Assembly (NCBI GenBank): GCA_039545335.1
Contig: BCIN01000003.1
Location: forward strand, 2,551,060 to 2,615,059
Reading direction: 5' to 3'
Source of the DNA: Kondoa subrosea
Taxonomy: Eukaryota
Length of the DNA stretch: 64,000 nucleotides
The first letter of the stretch is position 1; each line of letters opens with the position of its first letter. Position numbers and translations under genes: made by a program. Of this stretch, positions 1 through 13,255 are shown piece by piece. The notes beneath the pieces were generated by a model. It ran no database searches. It saw nothing but the letters and a program-made list of their open reading frames with translations, and had not been told where the DNA came from.

Positions 1-655
1 GTCACAACTAATGAGTTCTTCAGTCGCTCAATATCCCCTCGGCTCCGGACAAAAAGTACTGATTTCTGATCAAAACATGCACAAACAAGTCGCACCTCTT
101 TACGACGCCAACGAACGCAACACCATCTCTCTTTCTTTCTATCGCGGAACAGAAGACAGGAAAAGCCTTCTTTTCACCCGACCTGCTACTCTGGCCAATT
201 TCGGTCCATCCTTCCCCGCTCAAACCGATTCCATTCCCCTCGTATTGCCACCTAAGAAGCAAAGGAATGCATGTAAAGCTTACGATCCTTTACATGAACA
301 CAGTAAAAATCCTTCTTTCGTTTTGATCAAACGAGGCGATTGCACTTTCCATACCAAAAGTTCTATGGCATATCAAAGTGGTGCTTCTGCTGTGATTGTA
401 TGGAACGATGATGAAAGTAACGGATCATTCATTCCAAGTGCGGAAGGGGAAGTTTCTGAAAAGTCTCAACTCGTTCCGTTGGCTATGATTGATTATTCGT
501 ATGGGAAAATGCTAGAGACTTATATCGGTGTCCTGGAGACGAAGATTTGGGTTCAGGTTACTCAGCAGAAAGAACCGAAGCAAAGGTTGGAGGATATAGT
601 CGTCACTTTGAACGGGTACAAATTGGGTAATACGAAATTAACAGATCTAGTCTAA
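1..655 (+). CDS. 3' end of a PA (protease-associated) domain protein, probably the C-terminus of an EDEM/Mnl1-type GH47 alpha-mannosidase-like protein (partial)
   Basis: PA-domain motif LIKRGDCTFHTK...GASAVIVWND followed by VPLAMI; ORF runs from the window edge; GH47 identity is inferred from architecture only. Confidence 0.6.
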   Translation, partial: SQLMSSSVAQYPLGSGQKVLISDQNMHKQVAPLYDANERNTISLSFYRGTEDRKSLLFTRPATLANFGPSFPAQTDSIPLVLPPKKQRNACKAYDPLHEHSKNPSFVLIKRGDCTFHTKSSMAYQSGASAVIVWNDDESNGSFIPSAEGEVSEKSQLVPLAMIDYSYGKMLETYIGVLETKIWVQVTQQKEPKQRLEDIVVTLNGYKLGNTKLTDLV

Positions 656-722
656 TCTAGTCTAGTTTGCTTATTGCAATTGTCTAAAAAGTTTGTTAAA
701 TATGCCCCCGCTTACTTCTCAT

Positions 723-1578
723 TCAGTGACCTTCCGGTATCTCTTCTTCTTCAGTTATCAAAGCCCATGTTGGTGCTGGCAACTTTTCCCGACCTTTGAG
801 GAAACCGATTTCGATTACGAACAGATTTTCTATCACGTGCGCTCCACTTTGTTCTACTAATTGAGCAGCTGCAAATGCGCTTCCCCCGGTCTGCGCGAAG
901 TCAGACAGGTAGAGAAAAAATCAGAAGAACGCACTGCTATCAGATCGTCCACAATCAGGACATTCTGGCCTGCTTGTAATGCGCCGTTCTGCATTTCAAA
1001 TGTGTCCTGTAGGTCACAGAATCCTCAGAAACTCTCTACCGGAGAAGCCTGAGACTTCAGCCTACGGTTCCGTATTCCTTCACATAAGTAGCCTGCATAA
1101 CTGATCCAGGTAATTTACCCTGTTTCCTAACTGGCGCGAAGCCTGCACCCAATCTTAGCGCTATCAGAGGACCTAGTAAGAAACCTCTAGCATCTAATCC
1201 GACTACCATATCGATTTTCTTTCCTTCCAATCTTGGAAGAGTGGAAGTGAAGATATGGGTTAAGAAGGAATTGATGAGCGCTTCCGTCGCTATCGGATCA
1301 CGGAAGATCCTGTGAAAACACTTGTGTGATGAACGATTGCTCTTGTGAATGATAAGGTGAAATTGCAGTAAACTCACGGAAAGATGTCTGTGAATGTTAC
1401 ACCTTGCTTTGGAAAGTTTTCACTGACAGTATTTCAGTCAGCAGAGTGCAGACAGGTAAGTAGAGACTGAAGACACTTACTAATGTTGCAAATGTTTGGC
1501 TAGAAGATCTTTCACCTGAGCGGGTACAGGCTCATTCGGTACCAGAGTGGCTTTGGCGTGCTGTTCTATTGCGTCCAT
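723..1578 (-). CDS. APT1: Adenine phosphoribosyltransferase (spliced)
   Basis: [57 protein letters not shown]-binding motif; stop TGA at 725-723. Confidence 0.95.
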
Positions 1579-1665
1579 TCTGTAAATTGGGATTTTCAAG
1601 GGAGATAGCTCGTTGCAGGACAGAACAGCTCGAAGTAGTTTATTTCGCACCTTGACCCGTGTCGT

Positions 1666-3558
1666 ATGCAAGTGACTCTCAAAAGACTTCAATCTATCGT
1701 GTGTAGACCATTTCAGAGCCATAGCTGTGCATCTGATTCAATGCTTGGGGGAACAGTCCTCTCACATGTCTGCAAACAAATTACCGGACGTGTTCATCAT
1801 TGGTGCAGCGCGCACGCCTATAGGCAGTTTCAATGGAGGTCTCAAAGCAGTCAAAGCACCTCAATTAGGTATCGCAGCAGTCAAAGCGGCCTTAACTCAA
1901 GCAAATGTCAAACCAGAGCAAGTTGAGGAAATGTACTTGGGTAACGTTTTACAAGCTGGTGTTGGTCAATCCCCTGCTAGACAAGTAGTCCTTGGTGTTG
2001 GTTGCCCGGAATCAACTGAAGCTACTACTATTAACAAGGTTCGTGCGGAGCGAAATTCAGAGTTGTAGACTCTGACTTCTGCATTTGTGCGAACAGGTTT
2101 GCGCATCAGGCATGAAGGTAAGACAAGACAGAAGACAGTGTCATCGAAGCATCTCTCTGATGATTTGCATAGGCTATTATGTTGGCAGCACAAAACTTGC
2201 AAACTGGTCAGCGCGAATTAATGGTAGCAGGAGGCATGGAAAGCATGTCAAACACTCCGTGAGCACATTCTCTGAAGTATGGGGTCTTACTTATGCTCGA
2301 AGATCAGTTATTACTTCGTGAGTTTGCTTCAAAAGTAATACTCCAGAAATAGCTAAGCTTTCATCCGAAACAGCCTCGAAATGCTGGCTATGGCAATCAG
2401 ACAGCTCACGATGGTGTCTTGTACGATGCTCTGTTCGATGTGAGCATCCTCGCGTTCTCATACGCGAAACCTGCTCATGCTGTGTTCAGCCATATGGCAA
2501 ATTCCCTATGGGCAACTGGTCAGCAAGTCAAAAAGGCTTCAGTTTAATGCTGATGCTGGTTTGCGACTTGGTGACAGCGCTGAAGAAACTGCTCGCAAGC
2601 ATTCGATTGACCGAAGCGCTCAAGATGACTACGCGATCGAATCTTACCGTCGAGCAGCAGAAGCTTGGAAATCCGGAGCTTACAAAGCTGAAATCGCTCC
2701 CGTCACCATAAAAGATCCTCGAAAGGGAGATGTGGAGTTTGCTGAAGATGAAGAATACAAAAACATTAAAGTTGACAAAGTGAGAAGTTTGAGACCGGTC
2801 TTCCAGAAAGAGAATGGAACGGTCACTGCTGCTAATGCGTCTTCGATCAATGATGGTGCTAGTGCTGTAGTGGTAGCTACACAAGCTAAGATTGATGAAC
2901 TGGGTCTGAAACCAATGGCAAGAATCCTTTGTGAGGGCAGTGAATATGTATTTGTTACCTACTAATACATCTTTATCTGGTACTTACAGCCTTCGCCGAT
3001 GCTGCTTGCGCACCGATAGATTTGTAGGCATTGTATCTCAACATTCAATCTTCTACGCTCATCTTAACTTTCTAGCCCTATCGCACCATCAGTAGCCATT
3101 CCTATCGCCATGAAGAAAGCTGGTGTGACCGACGAGCAAGTCGCTCTGTACGAAATCAATGAAGCTTTCTCTGCTGTCGCTATCGCAAACATGAAACTGC
3201 TTAACCTAGATCCAAAGAAAGTCAATGTTGTGCGCACCATTCTCTATTCGTCTTAATGGTCGGAGCTGATGAGAAAGGATTTATTCAGTTGGGAGGATCA
3301 GTCGCCCTTGGACACCCTGTTGGAAGTTCAGGTTGCCGTATTGTCGTAACGTAAGCTAACAATCCTTACAACCGCGTTGGAATGTAGAGTACTGATCGAT
3401 AATGTAGTCTTTGCCATCAATTGAAGAAAGGCGAAATTGGTGTAGCTGGTGTTTGCAACGGAGGTGAGATTCTGCTTTCATATCTTCTATGGAACAGATA
3501 ATGATCATCCTGTGATCTAGGCGGAGGTGCTTCTGCTATGGTTATTGAAAAGCTTTAA
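1666..3558 (+). CDS. ERG10: Acetyl-CoA C-acetyltransferase (acetoacetyl-CoA thiolase); downstream ATG at 1766, putative upstream PTS2 exon from 1666
   Basis: ARTPIGSF, TINKVCASGMK (catalytic Cys), TAANASSINDGA, EINEAF, GHPVGSSGCRI, GVCNGGGGASA; many short introns. Confidence 0.95.
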
Positions 3559-3780
3559 AAGGGAATCTCCTGGTGCTAAGCTTAGCTGGGAAATTGACAA
3601 TATTTTAATGCAAACCCTGCCACAAGGTATCGACGCGGAAAGTGGTCATATCAGCTCGCTGCATGAGTGCTGTACGAGACACTTGACTTCAAATATTACG
3701 CGACTGTTCCTCCAAGCTTCAAACAAAACAGCGATCTTTGCTCGAGAGATACCACGCGCAGCCTGAGCCTCCAGACAAAG

Positions 3781-6700
3781 ATGAGCCTCCAGAGATTATC
3801 TCTTCAGAACGTCTCTGCAAAGGGCTCTACGAGCGAAGTCCTGAAACGCATCAAGGTCATTTCAAATCTGCATGAATTTGTGGAATATCAGTCTAAATTT
3901 GCAAACGGAACAGGCGCTTCATACTGAATTGGGAACATTCGAGCAAGGCGAAGTCGATAGGCCATCCTTGGAAGGAGTCAGGAAGGACTTGCTCAGTCAT
4001 AGCTGGCTAATTCATAAAGTAAGAAGAGCTGCTCTTATTACGCGCGCAGGACGAGCTGCATTCTGATATCAATGACAGGATCGATCAGTCAAGGCTTATG
4101 TTGCTTGCTGTTTGGCTGATCTGCTCAAGATCTATGCACCTGAAGCACCATACACAGAAAACGAAACTCGAGTAAGGACATTCATGCGCGTTGTTCTGTC
4201 CATGACTACTTGTCTGAGTACACAAATAGGACATCTTTCAGTTCATCTTCCGACAGCTGAAGAACTTGGGCAAGAAGACTGCTTCAGATCACACAAGCGA
4301 ACAGTATTACTATGTTCTTGATTCGCTCAGCAATGCAAAGAGTGCAACTCTGGTTTGCGATATGCCAGGCGGCGAGGAACTGATTCCGGAAACCTTCAAG
4401 GACTTCTTTGATGCCATTAGGTCAGTAGCAATCGGCCTGTGAGAGGATCTGTATTGACGGGGGTTGATGCATAAGTGCCGATACACCCAAGACCGCTCAC
4501 GCCGCTATGGCTGATATCCTTGGTCAACTCATTGACGAGTCACCATCCGTCCATCAAGACGTGATCGACATCTTGCTAGCACAATTTCTACCCAAGACAG
4601 CTAAAATGAAACCTTCAGCTTATCAACTCGCAGTAGACGTTTGCAAAGCTTCAAGTGATAAACTCCAACGACACTTCAGCCAATACTTTACGGACGTCTT
4701 CAGCAGTGCGGAAAAAGAAATCAACGAGGATAATGCTGCAATAGAAGACTTGACGGATTTTACAACCTCTCATGATCTGATCAAAGAGTTAGATAAGAAC
4801 GTACCCGATGTTCTGTTGAATGTGATACCGCAACTTGAAGAAGAGCTGAAAGTGGAAAACATTCAACTTCGGTCTTTAGCTATTCGAACTCTGGGAGCTA
4901 TGTTTGCAGAGCATTCTGGAACTTTGGATCATTTGGCAAGAAGATATCCCGCTACTTGGAAATCTTGGCTCGCTCGTTCAAAAGACAAGAATGCAGCTGT
5001 GCGAGTTTTGGTTTTGGAATCGCTGAGAAACATTTGGTCGGCACATGGAGAATTGGCGAAAGATGTGCAGGGTAATCTCAATCCTGGATAGCTGTCGACT
5101 CAAACTGACTTCGCAAACAACAGAGGTCGTACGCCTAAAACTGACAGATCCGGACGATAAAGTGCGAGCGGCGGCTTGTGCCAATTTGGGCTCTGCAGAA
5201 TTGGAGACATTGATACATAATGTCGATGTCTCTTTACTACGCGCAGTAGCGGAACGAATACGGGACAAAAAGGTAAGATCTTGCGACAAACGCACACAAA
5301 TAGATCATCTGCTGACAGGGTTTTACAGCGTCCTGTAGCAATGGAAGCCCTCAAGAACATCTGTAGACTTTTCGACATGGCTTATCCGGAGATGTGTGTT
5401 TATTCCGCAAAAGCCTCAACCCAGACTGATCTTTGGGATAAGCGAAACCGGCGAAACAGCATTTATTGAACATTTTGCCTGGATACCAAGTTACGTACTG
5501 GAGTCTTACCAAGGCAGCGATCGCTTCATTCAGTAGGCGTGAGCATATACCTCACAGAGACGGTTCTGATGATTTATCAAGATCGCAAATTGAAGCAAAT
5601 ACTGTTCAATATCTATTACCTCTGCCTGATCGAATAGAAGAAGAATCTGCCTGGGTCGATCGCTTCCTGAATGTCCTTGGCTTGTTGTCTGAGAAGGCTC
5701 GTCCGACGTTATGGAGGATAAGTCGGATAACGGACCGAAGACCAACAGTATGGGAACGATATCTCGAAGCCTGTGTCAAGTACAATGTATGGTGTGGTGT
5801 CTGGTGTTATTATTGGGCTGACCCTTAGTGCAGGGCGGAACAATTGACGAGAACGAAGAAACCGTGACGAACAACTTGAACAAGATCGTCACCTTTCTGG
5901 CCGCCTTCTTCCCTGATCCTCCAAAAGCTGCCGAAGATTTGCGGAAATTTGCAAAGATGAACGAAAACCGGCTCTACCGCCTTCTGCAGACATTGATGGA
6001 CTCGCAAATCGACTTAAAAACGCTGATCAAAACTTATGTGAGCAGAACTGGATCAGCTTTGGCCTTGATTGACCGACATGCATAGCCCGAATGCCTGCGT
6101 CGCATTGACCAGAGCTCGTCTGCCCTGAGCGCCAACTTCGGCATTCTCACCAGAAGTTGCTCGCTTCTGTTGCTGAACCGGTCGTCGATATCTTCGCTCC
6201 TTGAGATAGTCCAGCAATCACCTGAAGCATCCAATGCTTCGAAACAAGCACTAACACGCGAGTGTCTATCCGTCATCGCCAAAAGCTGTCCAGCTTTGTA
6301 CCGGTCGTATGCGTCACAACTAGCTACAATGTTGTCTACAGAACAAGATGATCAGGCTCTTGAAGCTGCTTTGATGGCATTGAGCGAATTGGCAAAAGCA
6401 GATATAGACAGCATTGTATTTGACCAGTGGGTCTGCTCTCGCCTCACTATTGGCAAGTGCTGATGTTTCCTAGGCCCTTATTGGACAAGTGCAATCGCTT
6501 TGTAAATGAAGGCACTGGAAATCAGCCCAAGTTCGCCGCTACTTTGTTGGCAGCAAATCCAGAAGCATCCGGCTACATCAATGACTTGGTCGATGTGAGT
6601 CTTCACGTGCTAATGCATCTAGAGCACATCTGAATAGATGCTTACAGGATCTTGTTGCTGGTCTACCCGGCGCTTCTGGAACTCGTCTCCTAGCACAATT

Positions 6701-8540
6701 AGGATCGTTGAATCGGCTTTCAAAACAACAGCCAGATGCTCTGAGACCTCACGACGAAGCTCTTGCGCGATTCACCACAAATCTACTTTCAACCGCTACA
6801 ACAGAAGACGAAAGCGTATGTCTATCTACAGTATGTATTGTCAAGTGTACTGATCTATTATTTCAGGATGAGAGTGACCCTGACTGGCTGGAGGATGCCG
6901 AAGAGGACGATCAAGTGAAGGCCATGGTAGCTGGCTTGAAGCTTATGACCAATCGATGTCTCGCGCAAGCCGATCATGCGGATAGCAGGACCTTCATCAA
7001 GAGTTTCTTCGCTCAACTATGGGCAATTCTTCGGCACGAAAACACGTCGGCGCACAAAGCATCGGCAAATTCTCGCCTGCGACTGCAAGCTGCTAGCTCT
7101 GTACTAAAACTTGGTGGAAATTCTGCTTTAGAGATCCAGGCGCTGAGCAGATTGGAGATCTTGGTGTGGACTGTGCAGGTAGGTGATCCCTGACTAGTCC
7201 TGCCACTATTGATTCTGAGCAGGATCCTTCCTATGCTGTTCGAAATCGCTTCATCAGAAAACTTTCGAAATACCTGATATACAGAAAACTCAACGACCCG
7301 CGTTTTGGTCTCGCTCTCTACCTTGTTGCACATGATCCAGAGGCTGATAACATCGATCTGGTATGTTTGCCCTACTATTGAAAGTGTCATTGGCGCATTC
7401 ATTTTTGCAGGCTAGAGCGAATATTCTTGGTCGACTGAACAAAGCCAGCCCAGGTAAGCCCTTAACCTTCCACTATCTCACGGCTCTGACACATCAAGCA
7501 GAAGTCCGCCTCCGCGAGTTCGAGATCCCCTTCTTGCGGTTGCTAAGTCTATTGGCACACCACCCAGACACTTCTCGAGAAACCGAGGACGTGCTGATCT
7601 CAATGAAGTGAGGCTTTTGCAATCATATTTCTTGGTCTGACATTGGCTGCAGATACATCCGGCTGTACTTGGACTGCGTCGCTCGCAAAGAGAACATCGA
7701 ACTGTTACACCATCTTTGTCTGAAATTGCGGACGGTTCGCGATAGTACTTCACAAGGGCATAGTGAGGTGAGGAGTGTTTTGACGTTGTAAAACGCTATC
7801 TGATTGTTTTGGGGACAGAATTTGTACACCTTGGCAGAACTATCGCAGCATATCATTTCCAATCTGGCGGCAGTCAGAGCCTGGCCCTTGAGCTCATACC
7901 CCGGTCGCGTCAAAATGCCTTCCGATATCTTCAAGGCGTTGCCATCCAAGGATGTGCAGAATGATGTGTGTGGGAATAAGTGCTCACACCGTGACTGAAC
8001 TTTCAAATCTAGGTTGCAAAGAAGACTTGGTTGTCGGCAGAGACGATGGAAGCTGTCAATTCGGCGCTCAAGACCAAAGGCGATGTTAGTGGCAAGACAT
8101 CGAAACCGAAAAAACCTGCTGCACCTAGAAAGCGAAAGTCTTCATCCAAAGCGTAAATCGTTTTGTTCCGAACCTTCACGTTTCTCGTACTGAAACGCTT
8201 CAATAGGCAAAACGGAACCAAGAAGAGACCTCGCACATCTGCCTCTAAGAGAAAAAAGAAAGACTGGGAAGGCTCAGATGAAGATCTGGTTTTGGCCTCA
8301 GACGAAGAGCTTGATGACGACGAGGAGGAAGAGAATGAAGAGGTAGGAGAAGATGAAGATCCGAAATCTAAAAAGGCAAAGAAGCTATCTGCGAGACCTA
8401 AGGCTAAGCCAACCAAGTACAGCAAAATGGATGTGGACGACAAGCCAGTTCGTAGATCTTCGAGAGCAAAGCCGAAGAAGGCAGCAGAAGTAGAGCAGGA
8501 CGAAAGTGAACTATCAGAACTTGAACCAGGCAGTTCATAG
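3781..8540 (+). CDS. PDS5: Sister chromatid cohesion protein Pds5 (HEAT repeats, Lys/acidic C-terminal tail)
   Basis: ACCLADLLKIYAPEAPY, LLNVIPQLEEELK, LTDPDDKVRAAAC, LSLLAHHPD, SYPGRVKMPSDIF. Confidence 0.92.
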
Positions 8541-8628
8541 CAAGTGTACAACAATGTAATCTGCACGATCCAGCCAATTTTACACAGCCTTGATTCTAGC
8601 ATGCAAGCATTAGTAGATTCGCAAACCA

Positions 8629-9816
8629 TCATCGCGAAGAGACTAACTGTTTCATAATGGCTTCGAAATCCGACAATGAGACTCGATTCGTAGATCCAGT
8701 GGACGCAAATTCGAGCATCTCGTTGATCTGAGCCCTCCCGTCACGGAGAGCCTTGAAAGGATGGGATCCACTCACATCTCCGTCTGTCAGACTCTCACCA
8801 AGTAGAGCAGCTACATAGCGTATCTCAGCGAGACCAAGTGTTTGACCATCAGTCCCAATCGCAGGCTTGTCCTTGAAGAAATTTGCAAACATGTCTGAGA
8901 CAATCTCTTGCTGCTCAGCGTTTAGGATGCGCTCAGATGCCAATTGTCTCTTCTTGCTACCCTTCTTCACTTTGTTCGCTGACGCAGTGACTTTTTCTTC
9001 ATCCTCTTCTGCGATCGAAAGCTCTTGGTCGTCATCGTCCAGTGATACCTGTTTCCCTTTCGTCGCCTTTCTCGCTGCTCTAGTCAAGCGTTTTGATCCA
9101 GGTTCAGCAACTTCTTCACTTTCCGAATCATCATCAACGTCAAACTCGTCCGCTTGAGTGGTGCCGCTCGGTCTCTTGCGTCTCCTCCATGACTCTTCTC
9201 TTACTTGCTCTTCTTCATCTTCCGAATCACCAATAAGCGCAGCACATACTTGCATGAATCTCTCTCTCGTTATCGATTCTCTAGCCGTTCCATTACCCCT
9301 CACATTCATTTCTTCCTCCTCGTCATCATCATCTTCATCTGACTCTGCCGCATGCTCAAATGTAGCGATAATATCCAAATCACAAGGTAGTTCTAATGCG
9401 TCCAAAGCCGCAGGAATAGAAGAAAGGGGAATCCGATCTGTATCCTTGTTCTCTCTTCGAGTGTTTGATGGAGCAGAAGTAGACGCAGTAGGTGTAGCAG
9501 TATGTAAAGCTACTGTATCAGGCATAAAACCACCTTGCATGGGCTCATCTTCATCTATCATGAATCCACCTCCTTCTGCTGAAGCTGGCTCTTGTTGCAC
9601 ATCTTGCGTTGGATCGGACCGCAAGTTTGCGAATTCGTTGAAGACTTTGTTCAAGCGTTGAATCTGAGAGCGAGTGAGACCTTCGAGGAAGCTGAAAGTA
9701 ATAAACGATGTAAACAGAGGAAAGAAAGCAAGAGGTGGGAACGAACTCAGTTGCCTGTACAACGTCAATCAGCTATCAATATTGTGGTTGTGGTAGGCAG
9801 AAGCTGAACTGACCAT
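8629..9816 (-). CDS. Acidic low-complexity protein with C-terminal EF-hand-like pair (centrin/Rad33-like)
   Basis: EIVSDMFANF...LGLAEIRYVAALLGESLTDGD...INEMLEFAS...VSLSDFEAIM; start reconstructed through two micro-exons. Confidence 0.6.
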
Positions 9817-10019
9817 AGTGGAAGAGAGAAGTAGCAGGCCTTTTCTTGCAATGACGGTTTCCTCTAGACCCAGAATATCATGAACGACAGATTGCAGCTT
9901 ATGCTGCGTGCAATTCAAGCAGCATATTCACAGTTCTGACGACTACGCGATCATGACCATACCAATTACAACATATCTTCCTCTAGCATGAAATATACAA
10001 AACCATAACACAGCATAAT

Positions 10020-13000
10020 CTAGTCCAATCCCTTGCGCTGATGCAGCGTTCCCTGTTCTTCTTGCACAGCCGTCGACTTGGCTGCATTTGAGTGTGAACG
10101 CCTTCTGGTCGGTGAAGTTTTCGCAATTACCCTTATTGAATGTTAGCGCGCTTCTGACAACTGAACACACTACACTCACTGATCATGATCAGGACCTTCG
10201 TCATCTGATGCGTCACGGGAGGCAGGTCGAGTCGGGAAAGCTGACGCAGCAGCTGTCGATGGAGCATTTCTAGACCAGCCAAAGACTTGACTATCCAACC
10301 AGTCGAAAGGGGAGGGGAAAAGACTCTGATCCTTGGCGTAGCTTGTCTTTCGTTGTCTTGATGACCGATCTTGTACAATTCTGTGCAATTCAAAGTCATC
10401 GAACAGCTGTGGTCCAAGCTCGCTGTAACTGATTGAGTGATAGAACCATCACAATCAGATTGTAGCTTACTTGATCAATTCAGATAGCTCTTCAGACAGT
10501 TCCCGACGCAAACGCTGCAATCGATCGATATATACTTGATTGCCCGGCATGACAGTAAGGAACAATGGCCGCAAAGACCTAATGACACGTCAATTATAGC
10601 CTCATACCAAATCAGCAAGACAAACTTGTAGATGTCCATTCCAGTCTCGCCAAACTTCAAGGCGGAATAACCAATTGAAGGTAAAGCGATAGCCAATGCC
10701 AATGGTATCAAAAGCTTATACCTCAAAGACAGCCCGTATCTGAAAGCCAGAAGGACTGAAATGATGCCGTAGATCGTGTATACAATCGGTGCCATTCCGA
10801 GCGAGACTAAGATTTTCCAAGTCGCCACCACATCTCGACCAGCGAGCTTAACTGTAGATGCTGCCAGTGCCTCTGTTGCCAAAGAAGTAGATATTAGCAC
10901 AGACTGTGCTGTTCTGCACTCCGACAAACCTTTAGCCTTGGCACGACTAATAATTGTAGCAGCAATGAACATGGGCGAATTGAGTATCACGCCCGGTAGA
11001 GCGACGATCGTCCATCCTCCCACTAACAACGATCGATAGATGAGTAGCGCTAAAGACCTCATGCGCGAGCGATTTCCACTGTCAACCTATTTTTTAATCT
11101 GTGTAAGCGGGTACAAACACTGAGTCGAAAGTACTCACTTGATGATCCCTCAAACCAATATAATTCAGTAGCTTGTTGTACTCCGTGACTTTGGCTTTGA
11201 GCGCCATGACTCGCGGTTCGTCTTTGAACTTTTCGTAGCCGACAATAAACCGTCGATTCATTTCGACAACTTGGCCGAGCGAAAGTGATTGTCCTGGTGG
11301 TCGGTACAGTCTTCTAGCGGCTTGGACCAACTACAATGTCCTAATTAGCGAATAGCTGCATCGCGGTTGAACTCTCAAGCCTACCATCAGTGTATCGTAA
11401 TCTGCTGCCCGAACCGTGACGCCCTTCAGACCATCAAAGATCAAGTCCAACACAGCTGCAATAGCAGTCCTTTTGTTTTCTCCGCCTTTAGCGAAATCTT
11501 GAACAAGTTCATTTGGTATATCGATAGGCGAGCCGAATTCGACTACTGCTCGAGATCTGAATTTGTTGGGTGCGAAATAGGATAAACCTGTTGGTATGAT
11601 CTGTACCTTCAGTCCGGGTGTTGCAGCAAGAGCGCCGAGAGCCATGATCGACACGCCCGCTTTGAGCGGCAAGAGATCAGCACGATCATGCGATCCGCCT
11701 AATTATCGGTTAGCGTCAGCCTGTTCGCACTGATTTGGCGCACCTTCAGGGAAGATACCAATGCAGCCGCCGTCTTTGAGCTTTTTGTAAACTTGCGAGT
11801 ACATCTGAGCTTGGCAATGAGTTTCAGCATGTATGTACTACAAAAGATAGACCTACTTTTGTTTGATCCACATGAGCCAAGCATTTGAAGGTTAAGCCTT
11901 CCTTTTTGACTTCTTTACTTTCAACCCACTCTCCCTCCATCTCTTCGCCTTTCAACCGTCTTCCAGCCTCGAGCAAAGCTTTCACTACCTTCTCACCACT
12001 GAACGCTTTTTTCAGTCGGACTGTCGTATCATCTACTACTTCGCTGACTTCAGCAGTAGCGAAACCATAAGATTTAGGTAACATGATTTGTGATTTCACT
12101 GCCAATTCCGAAGTGAATTTGGTGTTGTGACCATAGAGAGTATCAAGATCTTCAGAGTATGGTGAGAGGTAGACTACTCCAGTTCCAGCTACAGCGTTAT
12201 CGCCTGCTCGAACGACCGATACTGAAGAAGGAAAAACACCGATTAGTGATATATAAAAGGTAATAAAGTGGTAATTTACTAGACTGCATTGTTCGACATG
12301 CGGCGCCAACGAAGGATCGTTTCAGACTCTTCTCAGCTACTAGGAAAGAGATTCTTCGGCCGGCTGATAGTCGAACCTCGCTCATGAGCAACAATGGGTC
12401 GACAAACTGTCCATGTGTCAGTCGCTTGAATCGCCATGTAACACACAGTACGCACCTGATTAGCATGTGGTGCAGCTACAAAGATGAGAGCTGTGTCTTT
12501 TGGGATCTTGTATGCTCCTCGAGGTCGGATCTCGCGGAAGAAAAGGTTAACGACCCATTTCCAGAAAAGTACAGCAACATCATAAGCTGTCAGTTCAAAC
12601 CGTCTTATAAGCTCATAGCACACAGCTAGACAACTGGCTGCGCTGACCTAAGTTGCTCGCTAAAACCTGCGAAGACTTAGTAAGCAAAGCATTACCTGAA
12701 ATTAAGCCGACAAACGAACATTTTGAGAGTGTAAGAAACCGGCCAACCATCTGACTACGATTCTTGTATGAGGCGAAAGGATAGATTTTAGTTTGATGCG
12801 CTGGAGTAGAAAGAAAGCAATCGTCAAGGAAATTTACGTAATATGAAGGAGAAATCAAACGCACAAGAGGATGATTAGGAGGGAACCAGGGTATCAATCT
12901 TAGATATTGTAAGAGCAAACTCTGCAAGTCCGACACAGTTTGCTGCAAAGTCTGCTGTTGCTTGTCTCCTGATTGGTGTCCAGCGGCGGAAGAAGGCCCA

Positions 13001-13185
13001 ACATCTGGAATAGGAGCAGCTTCGACTAGAGATGCTTCTCTGATGGGCTTGAGCGCAGCAGAAGGAGGTTTGGCAGCAGAAGTCTCTTCCAACAAATCTC
13101 GAACTCTGACTTGCGGACTGTCAACGAATGGAGTCGATGGTGGAGACCGGTCAGGTGTTATCTGAGGCTTGTCTGTGCCATCCAT
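10020..13185 (-). CDS. Glycerol-3-phosphate/DHAP O-acyltransferase (Sct1/Gpt2 family)
   Basis: FFREIRPRGAYKIP, FVAAPHANQFVDP (HxxxxD), GIFPEGGSHDR, LPLKAGV, KFRSRAVVEFG, KLAGRDVVATWK. Confidence 0.93.
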
Positions 13186-13255
13186 TGTGCTTGCATGCAG
13201 GATGGGTCTTGGCTGATTTGAAATAAGCTGGTCTTTAAGAAACGGTGAACATGTC

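Noticed and set aside
646..666. TCTAG/TCTAA short tandem repeat at the stop of the first gene
   Set aside because: Only four 5-mers; no evidence of function or a mobile element
3547..3558. Thiolase C-terminal EKL as PTS1, and TGA-CTA readthrough-derived PTS1 at other gene ends
   Set aside because: EKL is the ordinary thiolase ending and a poor PTS1; no TGA-CTA context at the stops I checked
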